Translations under genes and position numbers: made by a program
NCBI GenBank assembly: GCA_963820825.1
Contig: CAWGBN010000008.1
Location: 1 to 64,000, forward strand
Source: Vulcanimicrobiota bacterium
Lineage (GTDB): Bacteria; Vulcanimicrobiota; Vulcanimicrobiia; Vulcanimicrobiales; Vulcanimicrobiaceae
DNA length: 64,000 nt
Reading direction: 5' to 3'
Shown here: positions 21,794 through 31,510 of the stretch, one piece after another
How the letters are laid out: each line of letters begins with the position of its first letter
Position numbering within the stretch: position 1 is the first letter of the stretch
Notes under the pieces: generated by a model
Told to the model about the DNA's origin: nothing
Databases searched by the model: none
The model's input: only the letters and a program-made list of their open reading frames with translations

Positions 21794-23212
21794 ATGATCA
21801 AGCACTTATTGCTTTCGACATATGTCGCACTCGCGGTGTTCGGGCTAACGTGCAGCCCGGCTGTTGCGCAAGGAACGCTCTCTCCGGCGCAAAGCGAGAA
21901 GATCGCGAAGGACGCGTACATTTACGGGTACTCGTTAGTAACGTCAGAACTAACACGTTTGGCAACCATCAACACCGCCGAGCCGAACCCGGAGACGCTT
22001 CAGGCGCCGATGAACGACATCGTCAGCGTGCCGGCGTATCCGCCGGCGACGTACAAAGGTGTAACGGCTCCCAACGCGGACACGCTCTACACCGCCGGCT
22101 TCTTCGACCTCTCTAAGGAGCCGCTGGTCTTCTCGTACCCAAACATGGGAAAACGCTTCTTCCTCTTTCCAATGTACGACGAATGGACCGACGTGATCGG
22201 CGTTCCCGGGACGCGTACGATGGGTGATGATGCCCAGAACATTCTTCTGAGCGGGCCGAGCTGGCACGGCTCCGTCCCGCCCGGCATGCATCACGTCAAG
22301 ATGCCGACCAACGTCATGTTCATCATCGGCCGCGTCTACTGCGACGGCTCGGCCGCAGATCTTCAAGCCGTTCATGCCTTGCAGGCGCAGTTTAAGATCG
22401 TACCGCTCAGCAAGTTTGGCCAAGCATATACACGCCCCAGCGGTACGCCCGGTTCGAAATACTCGCCGAAAGATGTCGTGCGCGACGTGATTGCCTCATG
22501 GAGCACGTCTGAATACTTCAACTTCATGACCAAGGCGATGGTCGATAACCCGCCGGTTTTGCCGCGCGATGCCGCGATGGTCGCAGAGATGGCGAAGATC
22601 GGCATCGTTCGGGGGAAACCGTTCGACGCGAGTAAGCTGAACCCCGAAGCGCGCACGGCGATTGCGAGCCTGCCGAAAGAAATCGTTTCGCAGCTGGCCG
22701 TGCTCAAGAAGAGTGAAGGCACCGTCGTTAACGGCTGGCTGATTCCGGCCGCGGCGGGCAGCTACGGCGCGAACTACACCGCGCGCGCCGCCGTTTCGGC
22801 CTTCGGTTGGGGTGCAAATCTCCCTCAGGACGCGATCTATCCCTATGCTCCGGGCGGCAACGCACCGGAACTCCAAGGCGCGCACACGTACAAGGTTCAT
22901 TTTGCAAAAGGTCAGACACCGCCGGCCAAAGGCTTCTGGTCGATCACGATGTACGACGATCGATTCTATTTTTATCCCAACGCGCTCAATAAGCTAACGG
23001 TCAGCATGCGAAACCACCCGAAGTTCAATGCCGACGGATCGCTCGATCTCTATTTCTCGCACACGCAGCCCTCCGGGGTTGCCCAATCAAATTGGCTACC
23101 TGCACCCGCAGGAGAGTTTATCTTGATGATGCGGATCTATTGGCCGAACTCAAATCCGCCATCGATTCTCAACAAATCGTGGATCCCGCCGCCGCTCACA
23201 ATGACAAAGTAG
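21794..23212 (+). CDS. DUF1254/DUF1214 secreted protein
   Basis: AYIYGY, PNADTLY, DLSKEP, FWSITMYD, NWLPAP, MRIYWP. Confidence 0.92.
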   Translation: MIKHLLLSTYVALAVFGLTCSPAVAQGTLSPAQSEKIAKDAYIYGYSLVTSELTRLATINTAEPNPETLQAPMNDIVSVPAYPPATYKGVTAPNADTLYTAGFFDLSKEPLVFSYPNMGKRFFLFPMYDEWTDVIGVPGTRTMGDDAQNILLSGPSWHGSVPPGMHHVKMPTNVMFIIGRVYCDGSAADLQAVHALQAQFKIVPLSKFGQAYTRPSGTPGSKYSPKDVVRDVIASWSTSEYFNFMTKAMVDNPPVLPRDAAMVAEMAKIGIVRGKPFDASKLNPEARTAIASLPKEIVSQLAVLKKSEGTVVNGWLIPAAAGSYGANYTARAAVSAFGWGANLPQDAIYPYAPGGNAPELQGAHTYKVHFAKGQTPPAKGFWSITMYDDRFYFYPNALNKLTVSMRNHPKFNADGSLDLYFSHTQPSGVAQSNWLPAPAGEFILMMRIYWPNSNPPSILNKSWIPPPLTMTK

Positions 23213-23409
23213 CAGCGGTTTTCACTTTTTTGGATTGCCTAATGCGGGTCGTCATGGGACAATGACGCCTCGTATTGGCTCGGCAGCGTCAGTTCGATCG
23301 CGCCGGGCCTCTTCTATATTCGCCCATCATTCGCTTATCTTTTAGCGCCGCTCATGAAGGGAATCACGATGGCACAGCAACCGAAGAACGAGCAACCAGT
23401 GTGCGACGT

Positions 23410-23597
23410 TCTGCCGCATCCGGTGCCCCGTGACGATTCGTCTCGAGTTCGCGTACGACGGCGGCGGTGTCGGCAACGGCGGTACGGCGACCCTATTGGT
23501 AAACGACAAGGCAGTCGGAAAATGCCGGGTGGAGCGGACGGTGCCGGCGCGTTACTCGGCCGCCGAAACGTTCGACGTTGGAATGGACACGGGATAG
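23410..23597 (+). pseudogene. arylsulfatase C-terminal domain remnant
   Basis: VTIRLEFAYDGGGVGNGGTATLLVNDKAVGKCRVERTVPARYSAAETFDVGMDTG* read in a frame absent from the ORF track. Confidence 0.7.
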
Positions 23598-23796
23598 CGG
23601 CAAACTCAAGAGAGTCGAGATCGCGCTCGGTGCCAGCGACGTGAGCGATGAGGATAAAAAGAAGGTGGACGACATGGAACGTGCGGCTGCGGTGGCGGAG
23701 CACTAGCCCACGGCCATTCGCCCTCAGACTTTTTTCATCAATCTCACCCACACTCGGCGTATCTTCGCACTCGCACCTCGGAGGACTCAATCGATC

Positions 23797-24219
23797 ATGC
23801 GTTTTATCGAGCGGCTTTCAATCACCGTTGCCGCCACCGCCGTGGCTACTGTCCTCTCGGCCGGCCCGGCGATCGCGCAGGGCTACAGCGGCACCTGGCC
23901 GGTGACCGTGAGCAAGTCGCACCACAGTAACGGCACCTTCTGCCTAACGTTACACGACGGCGGTAGCCAAGAATGGCGTCATAGCGGCTCGGCTTCGCTC
24001 GTCATCGGCAACACGAAATACCCCTACGGCACATTCCAAGTCATCAACCGCACCCTCGTGGCGACGATCGAAGCGCAGGGCTACGGTCAGAATGCCGGCC
24101 TGGTGTTCGTCGCTTCAGCCAGCCGCGGCAACATCGGCAAGGGTGTCTTCGAAGACGTCTACGGCGGGGAAGATTTCGATTCGGGTGCGTTGACCTTCGG
24201 CACAGAGGGCGGCTGCTAG
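23797..24219 (+). CDS. secreted hypothetical protein
   Basis: GGAGG RBS; signal peptide; YSGTWPVTV..FCLTL..GGC. Confidence 0.75.
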   Translation: MRFIERLSITVAATAVATVLSAGPAIAQGYSGTWPVTVSKSHHSNGTFCLTLHDGGSQEWRHSGSASLVIGNTKYPYGTFQVINRTLVATIEAQGYGQNAGLVFVASASRGNIGKGVFEDVYGGEDFDSGALTFGTEGGC

Positions 24220-24680
24220 GTAATCGAAAGGCCGTTCGCCATCAGCGCGGCGCAGAGCGGTAGCAGCGCCAAAAGGCCGATCTCTACCCGAAGCAGGGCA
24301 CGCAGCCGGCGATACTCCGCGTCGTCTAGGAGAATCGACCCGTCGGCGCCTTTTCGCCGATTCCACCGCAGAAAGGCGACCGTCGGGATAATCGAGATCA
24401 GCGCGATCGTCACGAAGAGCGCCATCTTCACCCAGAAGATCGAGTTATGGGCGTAGTACGCCGAGCCTTTTGCGCCAAAGAATACCAGCCCCAATCCCGT
24501 GACGATCACCAGACCGGCGGCGATTCCATACCACCGGTCGATCGTTTGAATCTGCGCTATGCCGTCACGTGAGAGCGATTGCTTGAGTACGATCGCTTCA
24601 CCGGCCAAGAGACTGGCGAGCACGAAGATGCAGATAAAATGGGCGAAGTGAAGCAGTGCGTCGCGTACCATAATCGACAT
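24216..24680 (-). CDS. DUF2214 family membrane protein
   Basis: DRWYGIAAG..GAKGSAYY..FWVKMALF..SIIPT..AALMANG. Confidence 0.85.
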   Translation of the reverse strand: MSIMVRDALLHFAHFICIFVLASLLAGEAIVLKQSLSRDGIAQIQTIDRWYGIAAGLVIVTGLGLVFFGAKGSAYYAHNSIFWVKMALFVTIALISIIPTVAFLRWNRRKGADGSILLDDAEYRRLRALLRVEIGLLALLPLCAALMANGLSIT

Positions 24681-24763
24681 TGATATCTTCTCCTAAACGT
24701 CTAGCCCGCGGGCCCTCGCCTACCCAGGTAAAGGTCTCTTTAAACGCTCGGGGCAACGCTTCC

Positions 24764-25357
24764 ATGATGTCGAAGAACGGCGGCATCATCGGGGTCTCGG
24801 ATCACGGCGGTTGGGCCGTTTTCGTGACCGTGGCGCAGGACGGGACCCTCCTCGACCGTCGCCGCGCAGAACTTGTGGATGACGACCTGCCGGCGATTCC
24901 GCATCACCACGAAGCGCAACGGCTCCCATTGGACGAGGCCGTAGCTCTGGTCGAGCGCGTGCGTGCTTCGGCGGAGCGGCACGCAGCGCTCGCGTTGGAT
25001 GCTGTCGCCACGGCCGTGCCGCTGATCCGGGGCGTCGCCCTTCGTAACTGCCCCGAGCTTCCGCCGACCATTGCCGAACGACTGCACGACTACCGCGCAC
25101 GGAATGTCGCCGACTGGGTGATGTACCGCAAAGCGCTGGCGGCCGCTGCGGCCGCGCGCGGTTGGCCCGTCTACTGGTACGACTCAAAGAACGTCTTGAG
25201 CGCGGCGAGCCGGGCGCTGCGCGTCAAGGACTTCGACGCTTACTTCCTGCATATGCGGAGCGCCGTCGGGCCGCCATGGAATCAAGATCAGAAGCTCGCA
25301 ATGGCGGCGGCCATCGTCACGGCCGATCTCATTGCGCAAAACGGCCACGGGTCGTAA
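24764..25357 (+). CDS. conserved hypothetical protein
   Basis: IIGVSDHGGWAVFVT..LLDRRR..GPPWNQDQKLA. Confidence 0.7.
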   Translation: MMSKNGGIIGVSDHGGWAVFVTVAQDGTLLDRRRAELVDDDLPAIPHHHEAQRLPLDEAVALVERVRASAERHAALALDAVATAVPLIRGVALRNCPELPPTIAERLHDYRARNVADWVMYRKALAAAAAARGWPVYWYDSKNVLSAASRALRVKDFDAYFLHMRSAVGPPWNQDQKLAMAAAIVTADLIAQNGHGS

Positions 25358-25403
25358 GGCTGCCCGCTGGGATACCTTCGCGCCCCAGCGAACTAAGTCT
25401 AGG

Positions 25404-26564
25404 ATGAAGCGCTTACGGTTTGGTTACGGCGCGCTAAGCATCAGCACCGTGGCGGCACTGCTCGCAGGGTGCAGCGTCCCTCGACAATCTCCGGGTGAGA
25501 TGCAGCCGCCGATCGGCGCCCCGGGCACGACGGCGGCGCAAAGCCACATCCGCCATGCATCGTACTACCAAGTGCTGTACCGTTTCGATAAATATCCAAA
25601 CGGTGAAGAGCCGGTGGCCGGTTTGACCGTCGTCGGCGGCACGCTCTACGGCACGGCCTCCGGTGGCGGCCTACGAGGATGTCACGGGAGGGGCGGCTGC
25701 GGAACCGTGTACACCATAACCACGAATGGCGTGGAAAACTTGCTCTTCACCTTCACCACCGACGACGGGATATTTCCGAAATCGCGCTTGATCGATGTGA
25801 AAGGCACGCTGTACGGCACGACCTATCAGGGCGGCCCAGGCCGCCGAGGAACCGTTTACAGCATCGGCACGACCGGATCTGAGACGGTGCTTCATGGCTT
25901 CAGCGGCTCGCCCGACGGCGGACGCCCGGTCGCCGCCGTGATCGACGTGAAAGGCACGCTGTACGGTACGACGACGGTCGGCGGGATGAAGCACGCGGGA
26001 ACGCCCGAACCAACTGCGACGACAACGCCGCTGCCGGTGGCCAAGTGCTGTGGGGTCTTTTACAGCGTCAGTACGTCGGGCGCGGAGAGAGTATTGTACA
26101 AATTCAAAGGCGGTACCGATGGCGATAGCGCCGATGGCGGCCTGATCGACGTCAAGGGCATCCTGTATGGCACGACCTCTTTTGGTGGCGCTTCCGGATG
26201 CGGCTGTGGAACTTTTTACAGCATGACGACGGCCGGCGTCGAGAGAGTGCTGTACCGCTTTACCGGCGGCTCGGACGGAAAGTACCCGGTCGGCGACTTG
26301 ATCGATGTCGGCGGCATCCTATACGGCACGACCGTTGGAGGCGGCACGGCGTGTGGAAGCACCGGCTGCGGAACCGTTTACACCGTAACGACGAGCGGCA
26401 AGGAAAAAGTGCTGTACCGCTTTGCCGGTCGTTCCAACGGCGCGCACCCCGCTGCGGGCTTGCTCGACGTTAAGGGCACGCTCTACGGCACGACCGTGGA
26501 CGGCGGCGAGCCTCAGAATAAACAGGCCACCTGCTGCGGAACCGTCTTCGCGCTGACTCCTTAG
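25404..26564 (+). CDS. GloVer-type propeller lipoprotein (6 repeats)
   Basis: LLAGC lipobox; six LYGT repeats; ends GTVFALTP. Confidence 0.9.
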   Translation: MKRLRFGYGALSISTVAALLAGCSVPRQSPGEMQPPIGAPGTTAAQSHIRHASYYQVLYRFDKYPNGEEPVAGLTVVGGTLYGTASGGGLRGCHGRGGCGTVYTITTNGVENLLFTFTTDDGIFPKSRLIDVKGTLYGTTYQGGPGRRGTVYSIGTTGSETVLHGFSGSPDGGRPVAAVIDVKGTLYGTTTVGGMKHAGTPEPTATTTPLPVAKCCGVFYSVSTSGAERVLYKFKGGTDGDSADGGLIDVKGILYGTTSFGGASGCGCGTFYSMTTAGVERVLYRFTGGSDGKYPVGDLIDVGGILYGTTVGGGTACGSTGCGTVYTVTTSGKEKVLYRFAGRSNGAHPAAGLLDVKGTLYGTTVDGGEPQNKQATCCGTVFALTP

Positions 26565-26736
26565 CACCGCACTAGCCCCCGGCGCACGATCTTCACATTG
26601 ACGCCGCAGTTCGAGCGCGCTCTCACCGCAGGGCTCTGGCTGCTCGGGCAAAAGAGCCCTCTACATGCACGACTTCGAGCCGCACGACCCAGCTTTGGGA
26701 GAGCCGCGTCGTCAAAGTAAAGAAAATGGGGGTTGC

Positions 26737-27132
26737 ATGAAGCGCGTCACCGGAATTGGCGGAGTATTCTTCCGTTCGAAAGATCCGTCGGCGATAAGCG
26801 CCTGGTACAAAGAAAAGCTGGGCGTGCCGGTCGGCGACGACGGCTATACGATGTTTCGGTGGCACGAGGCCGACGAACCGCATCGTCCGGGTCTTACCGT
26901 ATGGGCCGCGTTTGAAGCCGACACTGAGTACTTCGGCAAGCCGACGCAGCAATGGATGGTCAACTATCGGGTCGAGAATCTCGACGCGCTGCTCGAAGAG
27001 CTGCAAAGTGCCGGCGTAGAGATCGTGCCCCACCGCGAAGAGCACGATTACGGCAAGTTTGCCTGGATCGTCGATCCGGACGGAAATCGCGTCGAACTTT
27101 GGGAGCCTCCATCCGAAGAGGCAACACCGTAA
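26737..27132 (+). CDS. VOC/glyoxalase family protein
   Basis: MKRVTGIGGVFF..NYRVENLD..GKFAWIVDPDGNRVELWEP. Confidence 0.92.
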   Translation: MKRVTGIGGVFFRSKDPSAISAWYKEKLGVPVGDDGYTMFRWHEADEPHRPGLTVWAAFEADTEYFGKPTQQWMVNYRVENLDALLEELQSAGVEIVPHREEHDYGKFAWIVDPDGNRVELWEPPSEEATP

Positions 27133-28471
27133 TCGCTCAAATCCCGCCGCGCCCCGTCGTCACGATTCGTTACGCCCTCAGCATTGGCATCGCTGCCGCA
27201 TTGCTTGCGGCATGCGGGCAGCAAGCTGCGAATCTGACTCCTCAACGGCAATCGATGATTTCGCTCTCTCCACGGATGCTCTCGGGGAACGGCATCAGGT
27301 TCTCTACAGATTTCAAGGGAACAGCAGCAGCCAACGCGACGGGGATTTTCCCCACAGCAGCCTGATCGCCGTCAAGGACAGACGTTACGGCACGACGGCC
27401 ATCGGTGGCAACCTTAACTACTCTGCTTGTGGAGCGGGGAAGTTTTTCGCCGGTTGCGGCACGGTCTTCAAAATAAGCACCTCAGGCAAGGAGCACGTGC
27501 TGTACCGATTTGCCGGCGGCAGCGACGGCTTTTTTCCGTTGACAGGTCTGCTCGCAATGAGCGGCACGCTCTACGGAACGACGACCAGTGGCGGCCGGCC
27601 TTGCAAAAAAGGGGACTACGGCACCTGCGGAACGATCTTTGCACTTAGCCTCTCGGGGCAAGAACGTGTTCTGCACGCTTTCACGGGCCCTCCGGACGGC
27701 GCTATTCCATCTGCGAGTCTTGTCGCGCTCAACGGCAACCTCTATGGCACAACGTCCAACGGCGCTTCGCTACGCGACGGCTGCGATCGTCACGGCGGAT
27801 GCGGGGTCGTTTTCCAAGTGAGCCCATCTGGGACCGAACGCGTGGTCTATGCTTTTAAAGGCGGCGCGGACGGTGCATTCCCGTCCGGTCCGCTTCTCTC
27901 GATGCACGGAACCCTCTACGGCATTACGAGCGGCGGCGAGCACTGCGGCACAGTTTTCCGGGTGAGCACGTCCGGAAGCGCGAGCGTCGTGCACATCTTT
28001 AGTGCTTCGGGCGACGGCTGCCGGCCACTGGGCGGCCTCGCCGCGATCGACGGATTCCTCTACGGCGTGACGGCGTACGATATCGGCCGACGCGATTGCG
28101 ACTGCGGCACGGTGTTTAAACTGAGCACTGCCGGAACGGAGCGCGTCATCTATAGATTCAAAGGCGGAGCAGACGGTAAGGTGCCGCTTGCGGGTCTAAT
28201 CGCGCTTAAAGGCGCGCTCTATGGTACGACGGGTTCAGGTGGTACGGGATGCGGCTCGCCACTCGGATGCGGTACCATTTTTAAAGTTACGACGTCGGGC
28301 GTCGAACAGGTGCTCTACGCTTTCCAGGGCGGCACCGACGGCGCCGACCCGCAAGCTGGACTCTATGCACTCCGGGGCACGCTTTACGGAACCACCGCGG
28401 GAGGCGGCGGTTACACCTGCGGTTATGCCGGCAGCGAGAGCTGCGGTACCGTCTTTAAGATATTGCCGTGA
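27129..28471 (+). CDS. GloVer-type propeller lipoprotein, frameshifted near 27292; start codon unclear
   Basis: signal YALSIGIAAALLAAC in the 26952 frame; 7 repeats in the 27059 frame. Confidence 0.75.
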
Positions 28472-28498
28472 TTAGGATTCGGGATTTGGTGACGGCTT

Positions 28499-28528
28499 AA
28501 AGGATCCGGCGTGCGGCCGGATCCTTTT
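28499..28528. terminator. bidirectional intrinsic terminator
   Basis: AAAGGATCCGGC-gtgcg-GCCGGATCCTTT between convergent genes. Confidence 0.85.
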
Positions 28529-28546
28529 CTCGATTAGAGAACCGAG

Positions 28547-28822
28547 TTAAGCGCGAGTTGCGGCGGTTGCGGGAAGACCCATCGATTTCGAGGGATCGAT
28601 GACAATGTATTCATTTTTGCTGGCGTGTCCCAGGTGAGTCTCGACGAGGTCCCGCACGCTGTCGACCGACGAAGCCTCCCATAAGCAGATGACGGTTGAA
28701 CGATCCTCGCCCGTCGCGGTCAGGTGCACGTTGAGGTCGGCGGGAATCTTCGGAGTAGCGCTGGCAACGGCAGCTCCGAATGCATCCGGATCGCTGACGC
28801 GATGAATGACTGCAATAAACAT
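28547..28822 (-). CDS. small hypothetical protein
   Basis: AAGGA RBS; ICLWEASSVDSVRD motif. Confidence 0.7.
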   Translation of the reverse strand: MFIAVIHRVSDPDAFGAAVASATPKIPADLNVHLTATGEDRSTVICLWEASSVDSVRDLVETHLGHASKNEYIVIDPSKSMGLPATAATRA

Positions 28823-28985
28823 AACTCATCCTTTTCGGGTGGCGAGATGCTTTTATAGCTATCGGGTGCAGTTGGGTAGTGCGATGGGTGCCGCCTTCTT
28901 AGGCGACCGCGGATGCGGTCGCACGTGAGGCGGAAGGGGCGCACGCCTCGGAGCACGGAATGCGGCGCGTTGTGAAGGAAATCTT

Positions 28986-29952
28986 GTGAAAGCTGCCGTC
29001 GTTGCCGCTCCCGACGCCATCCCGCAATACGGTGAATTCCCCGAACCCCAAGTTGGCGACGGCTACGAACTTGTAGAGCTAATCGCTGCAGGGCTCCATC
29101 CGATCGTACGATCGCTGGCAGCGGGGCAGCATTACGGAAGCACGCGGTCGTGGCCCCTCGTCCCGGGCGTCGACGTCGTCGCTCGCACTTCAGCCGGCGA
29201 TCTCATCTACACCGGTTTTGTGCGTCCCCCGCACGGCACGTTCGCGGAGCGAATGGCGGTACCCAAAAAGATGCGCGTCTCGCTGCCCTCCGGAGCCGAT
29301 CCCGTGAAGGTTGCCGGCGGATTGAATCCGGCCTTCGCCTCGTGGTTGCCGCTCACGGCGCGCGTTCGCGAGATCGGCTCGCTCGAAACGGTCTTGATTC
29401 TCGGCGTGACCGGTATGGCCGGATATCTTGCCGTGCAACACGCGCGCCTACTCGGTGCAAAACGCGTCGTCGGGGTGGGGCGCAATCCGGCACGTCTTGC
29501 GCGCGCTGCCGGGGTTGGAGCTGCGACCGTTGCGCTGAGCGGCAATCGCGAGGCCGATGCCGCGGCAATCGTCGACGCTCAAGGCGGTACGGCGCCGAGC
29601 ATCGTGCTCGACTTTCTATGGGCGTCGGCCGCCGAGACTGCCTTCGCTTCGCTCGCACGGCGCGGGCTTGAAGAGGACACCGCCGACATTGCCTACGTGC
29701 AAATTGGCGCTACGGCCGGTCCCGAGGCGGCCGTGCCGGCGGCGCTCTTACGAAGCCGCCGCATTCGCATCTCCGGCAACGGCGCGGGTTCCGCGCGAAA
29801 TTGCCGATATCATGGCCGAAATCCCCGCCTACATGCAGCTGATCGCAGACCGCAGGGTCGACATCCCGACCAAAACGGTGCCGCTTTCGTCGATCTCGGA
29901 GGCTTGGGCTGCGTCGGCAGGCGGCACCGACAGGACGGTCGTCGTTCCTTGG
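28986..29952 (+). CDS. MDR-family quinone oxidoreductase/zinc-binding dehydrogenase, frameshift near 29796
   Basis: MKAAVV..PLVPGVD..VLILGVTG; C-terminus (AEIPAYM..RTVVVP) lies in the 29557 frame. Confidence 0.75.
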
Positions 29953-30071
29953 CAATTACCCCGTGCGGAACGCAGCGGGATGGGGGTCGCGACCCCGGCC
30001 GGGAACCGCCCGGCCCCGTCGAACGTTATCATTCTAGGGCATCCAGGGGGTCCAAACGGAGTAAGCGATTC

Positions 30072-31454
30072 GTGGTTCGACTCGGTTTTCGCCGCCGTGC
30101 CTTTGGCATGGGGCTCGCAGTTCTTATTTTGGCCGGGTGTGGCGGGGAGCAGAGTGCGTCGAGCGGCGGCGCCCTGCCGCGGCAGCTATCCCCTTCCGCC
30201 CGCGGCGGCCTCGATAAGATTCAGCACGTCGTCATTATCATTCAGGAGAACCGGAGTCTTGACAATCTTTTTCAAGGGTTTCCGGGCGCCGACACGCAGT
30301 CGTACGGCCGAGACAGCTCCGGAAGAAAGATAACGCTAAAGCCGATACCGCTGGAAACCACGTGGGACGTCGCCCACAGCGCGGAAGCGTTTTTTGAGTC
30401 TTGCAACGGAACGGGTAGTTATCCCGGAACCCATTGCCGGATGAACGGCTTCAATAAGGAGTACCACGGCTGCGGTCACGGCGGCTATCCAGCCTGTCCG
30501 TTCAAGAATCCGCAGTACGCCTACGTGCCGCAAGATGAAACCAAGCTTTACTTTGAGATGGCGCAACAATATGTTTTGGCGGATCATACGTTCGCGTCGA
30601 ACTTTGATGAGAGCAGTTTCGTCGCCCATGAGTATCTGATCGCCGGTCAAGCCGGCTCCACCGTAAACTTCCCATCCACGAACGAATGGGGTTGCGAAGG
30701 AGGGCCCACCGACACAATCCCGACGGTCAACCAAGAGCGAATCATAGATTATAACGATCCCATTCGCGTGTGCTTGAATAACTTAACGCTCGGTGACGAG
30801 CTCGACTCGGCCGGCGTTTCGTGGCGATATTACACTGCGGCCACACCGCACGGAAACGGCTCGTTCTGGAGCGCGTACTCCGCGATTAAACACATCTACA
30901 ACGGTCCGGACTGGGATAAGGATGTTATCAGCCCCCAGACGGTCTTCTTCACCGATGTTACGAACGGAACGTTGGCGGCCGTAAATTGGATCACTCCCAC
31001 CTGTGAGAATTCCGACCATGCGAGCTGCGGGTCGAACACCGGGCCGGCGTGGGTAACGTCGATCGTCAACGCAATCGGTCAGTCCCGGTATTGGAATTCA
31101 ACCGCGATCTTCGTAACCTGGGACGATCCCGGCGGCTGGTACGATCACGTGGCGCCGAAGATGCTCGACTACGATGGCCTCGGTTTTCGCGTACCGCTCG
31201 TGGTGATCTCCCCTTATGCCAAGGAAGGATATGTCTCACATGCTCGCTACGAGCATGCCAGCCTTCTTCGCTTCATTGAGGATCGGTGGGGGCTGAAAAG
31301 CCTCTCAACCAGCGATGCGCGCGCCCTATCGCCGGCAAACGATTGTTTCGATTTCAACCAACCGCCGCGAACGTTTCAAGTAATCCAATCCAGCCTGGGC
31401 AAGGATTACTTCATGCATCGGCCGCTCGACCCACGCCCGCCCGACAATGAATGA
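30072..31454 (+). CDS. phosphoesterase / phospholipase C family lipoprotein, paralogue 2
   Basis: LAGC lipobox; IQHVVIIIQENRSL; WDDPGGWYDHV; GFRVPLVVISPY. Confidence 0.88.
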   Translation: MVRLGFRRRAFGMGLAVLILAGCGGEQSASSGGALPRQLSPSARGGLDKIQHVVIIIQENRSLDNLFQGFPGADTQSYGRDSSGRKITLKPIPLETTWDVAHSAEAFFESCNGTGSYPGTHCRMNGFNKEYHGCGHGGYPACPFKNPQYAYVPQDETKLYFEMAQQYVLADHTFASNFDESSFVAHEYLIAGQAGSTVNFPSTNEWGCEGGPTDTIPTVNQERIIDYNDPIRVCLNNLTLGDELDSAGVSWRYYTAATPHGNGSFWSAYSAIKHIYNGPDWDKDVISPQTVFFTDVTNGTLAAVNWITPTCENSDHASCGSNTGPAWVTSIVNAIGQSRYWNSTAIFVTWDDPGGWYDHVAPKMLDYDGLGFRVPLVVISPYAKEGYVSHARYEHASLLRFIEDRWGLKSLSTSDARALSPANDCFDFNQPPRTFQVIQSSLGKDYFMHRPLDPRPPDNE

Positions 31455-31510
31455 CCGGTTAGGCGCCGACGATCAACCGTGGAAGATCGACGACGTCCGC
31501 ATCTAAGCCG

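Noticed and set aside
28986..31454. 822-aa dehydrogenase-phosphoesterase fusion
   Set aside because: A frameshift near 29796 moves the true dehydrogenase C-terminus to another frame; the phosphoesterase has its own signal peptide from ~30072
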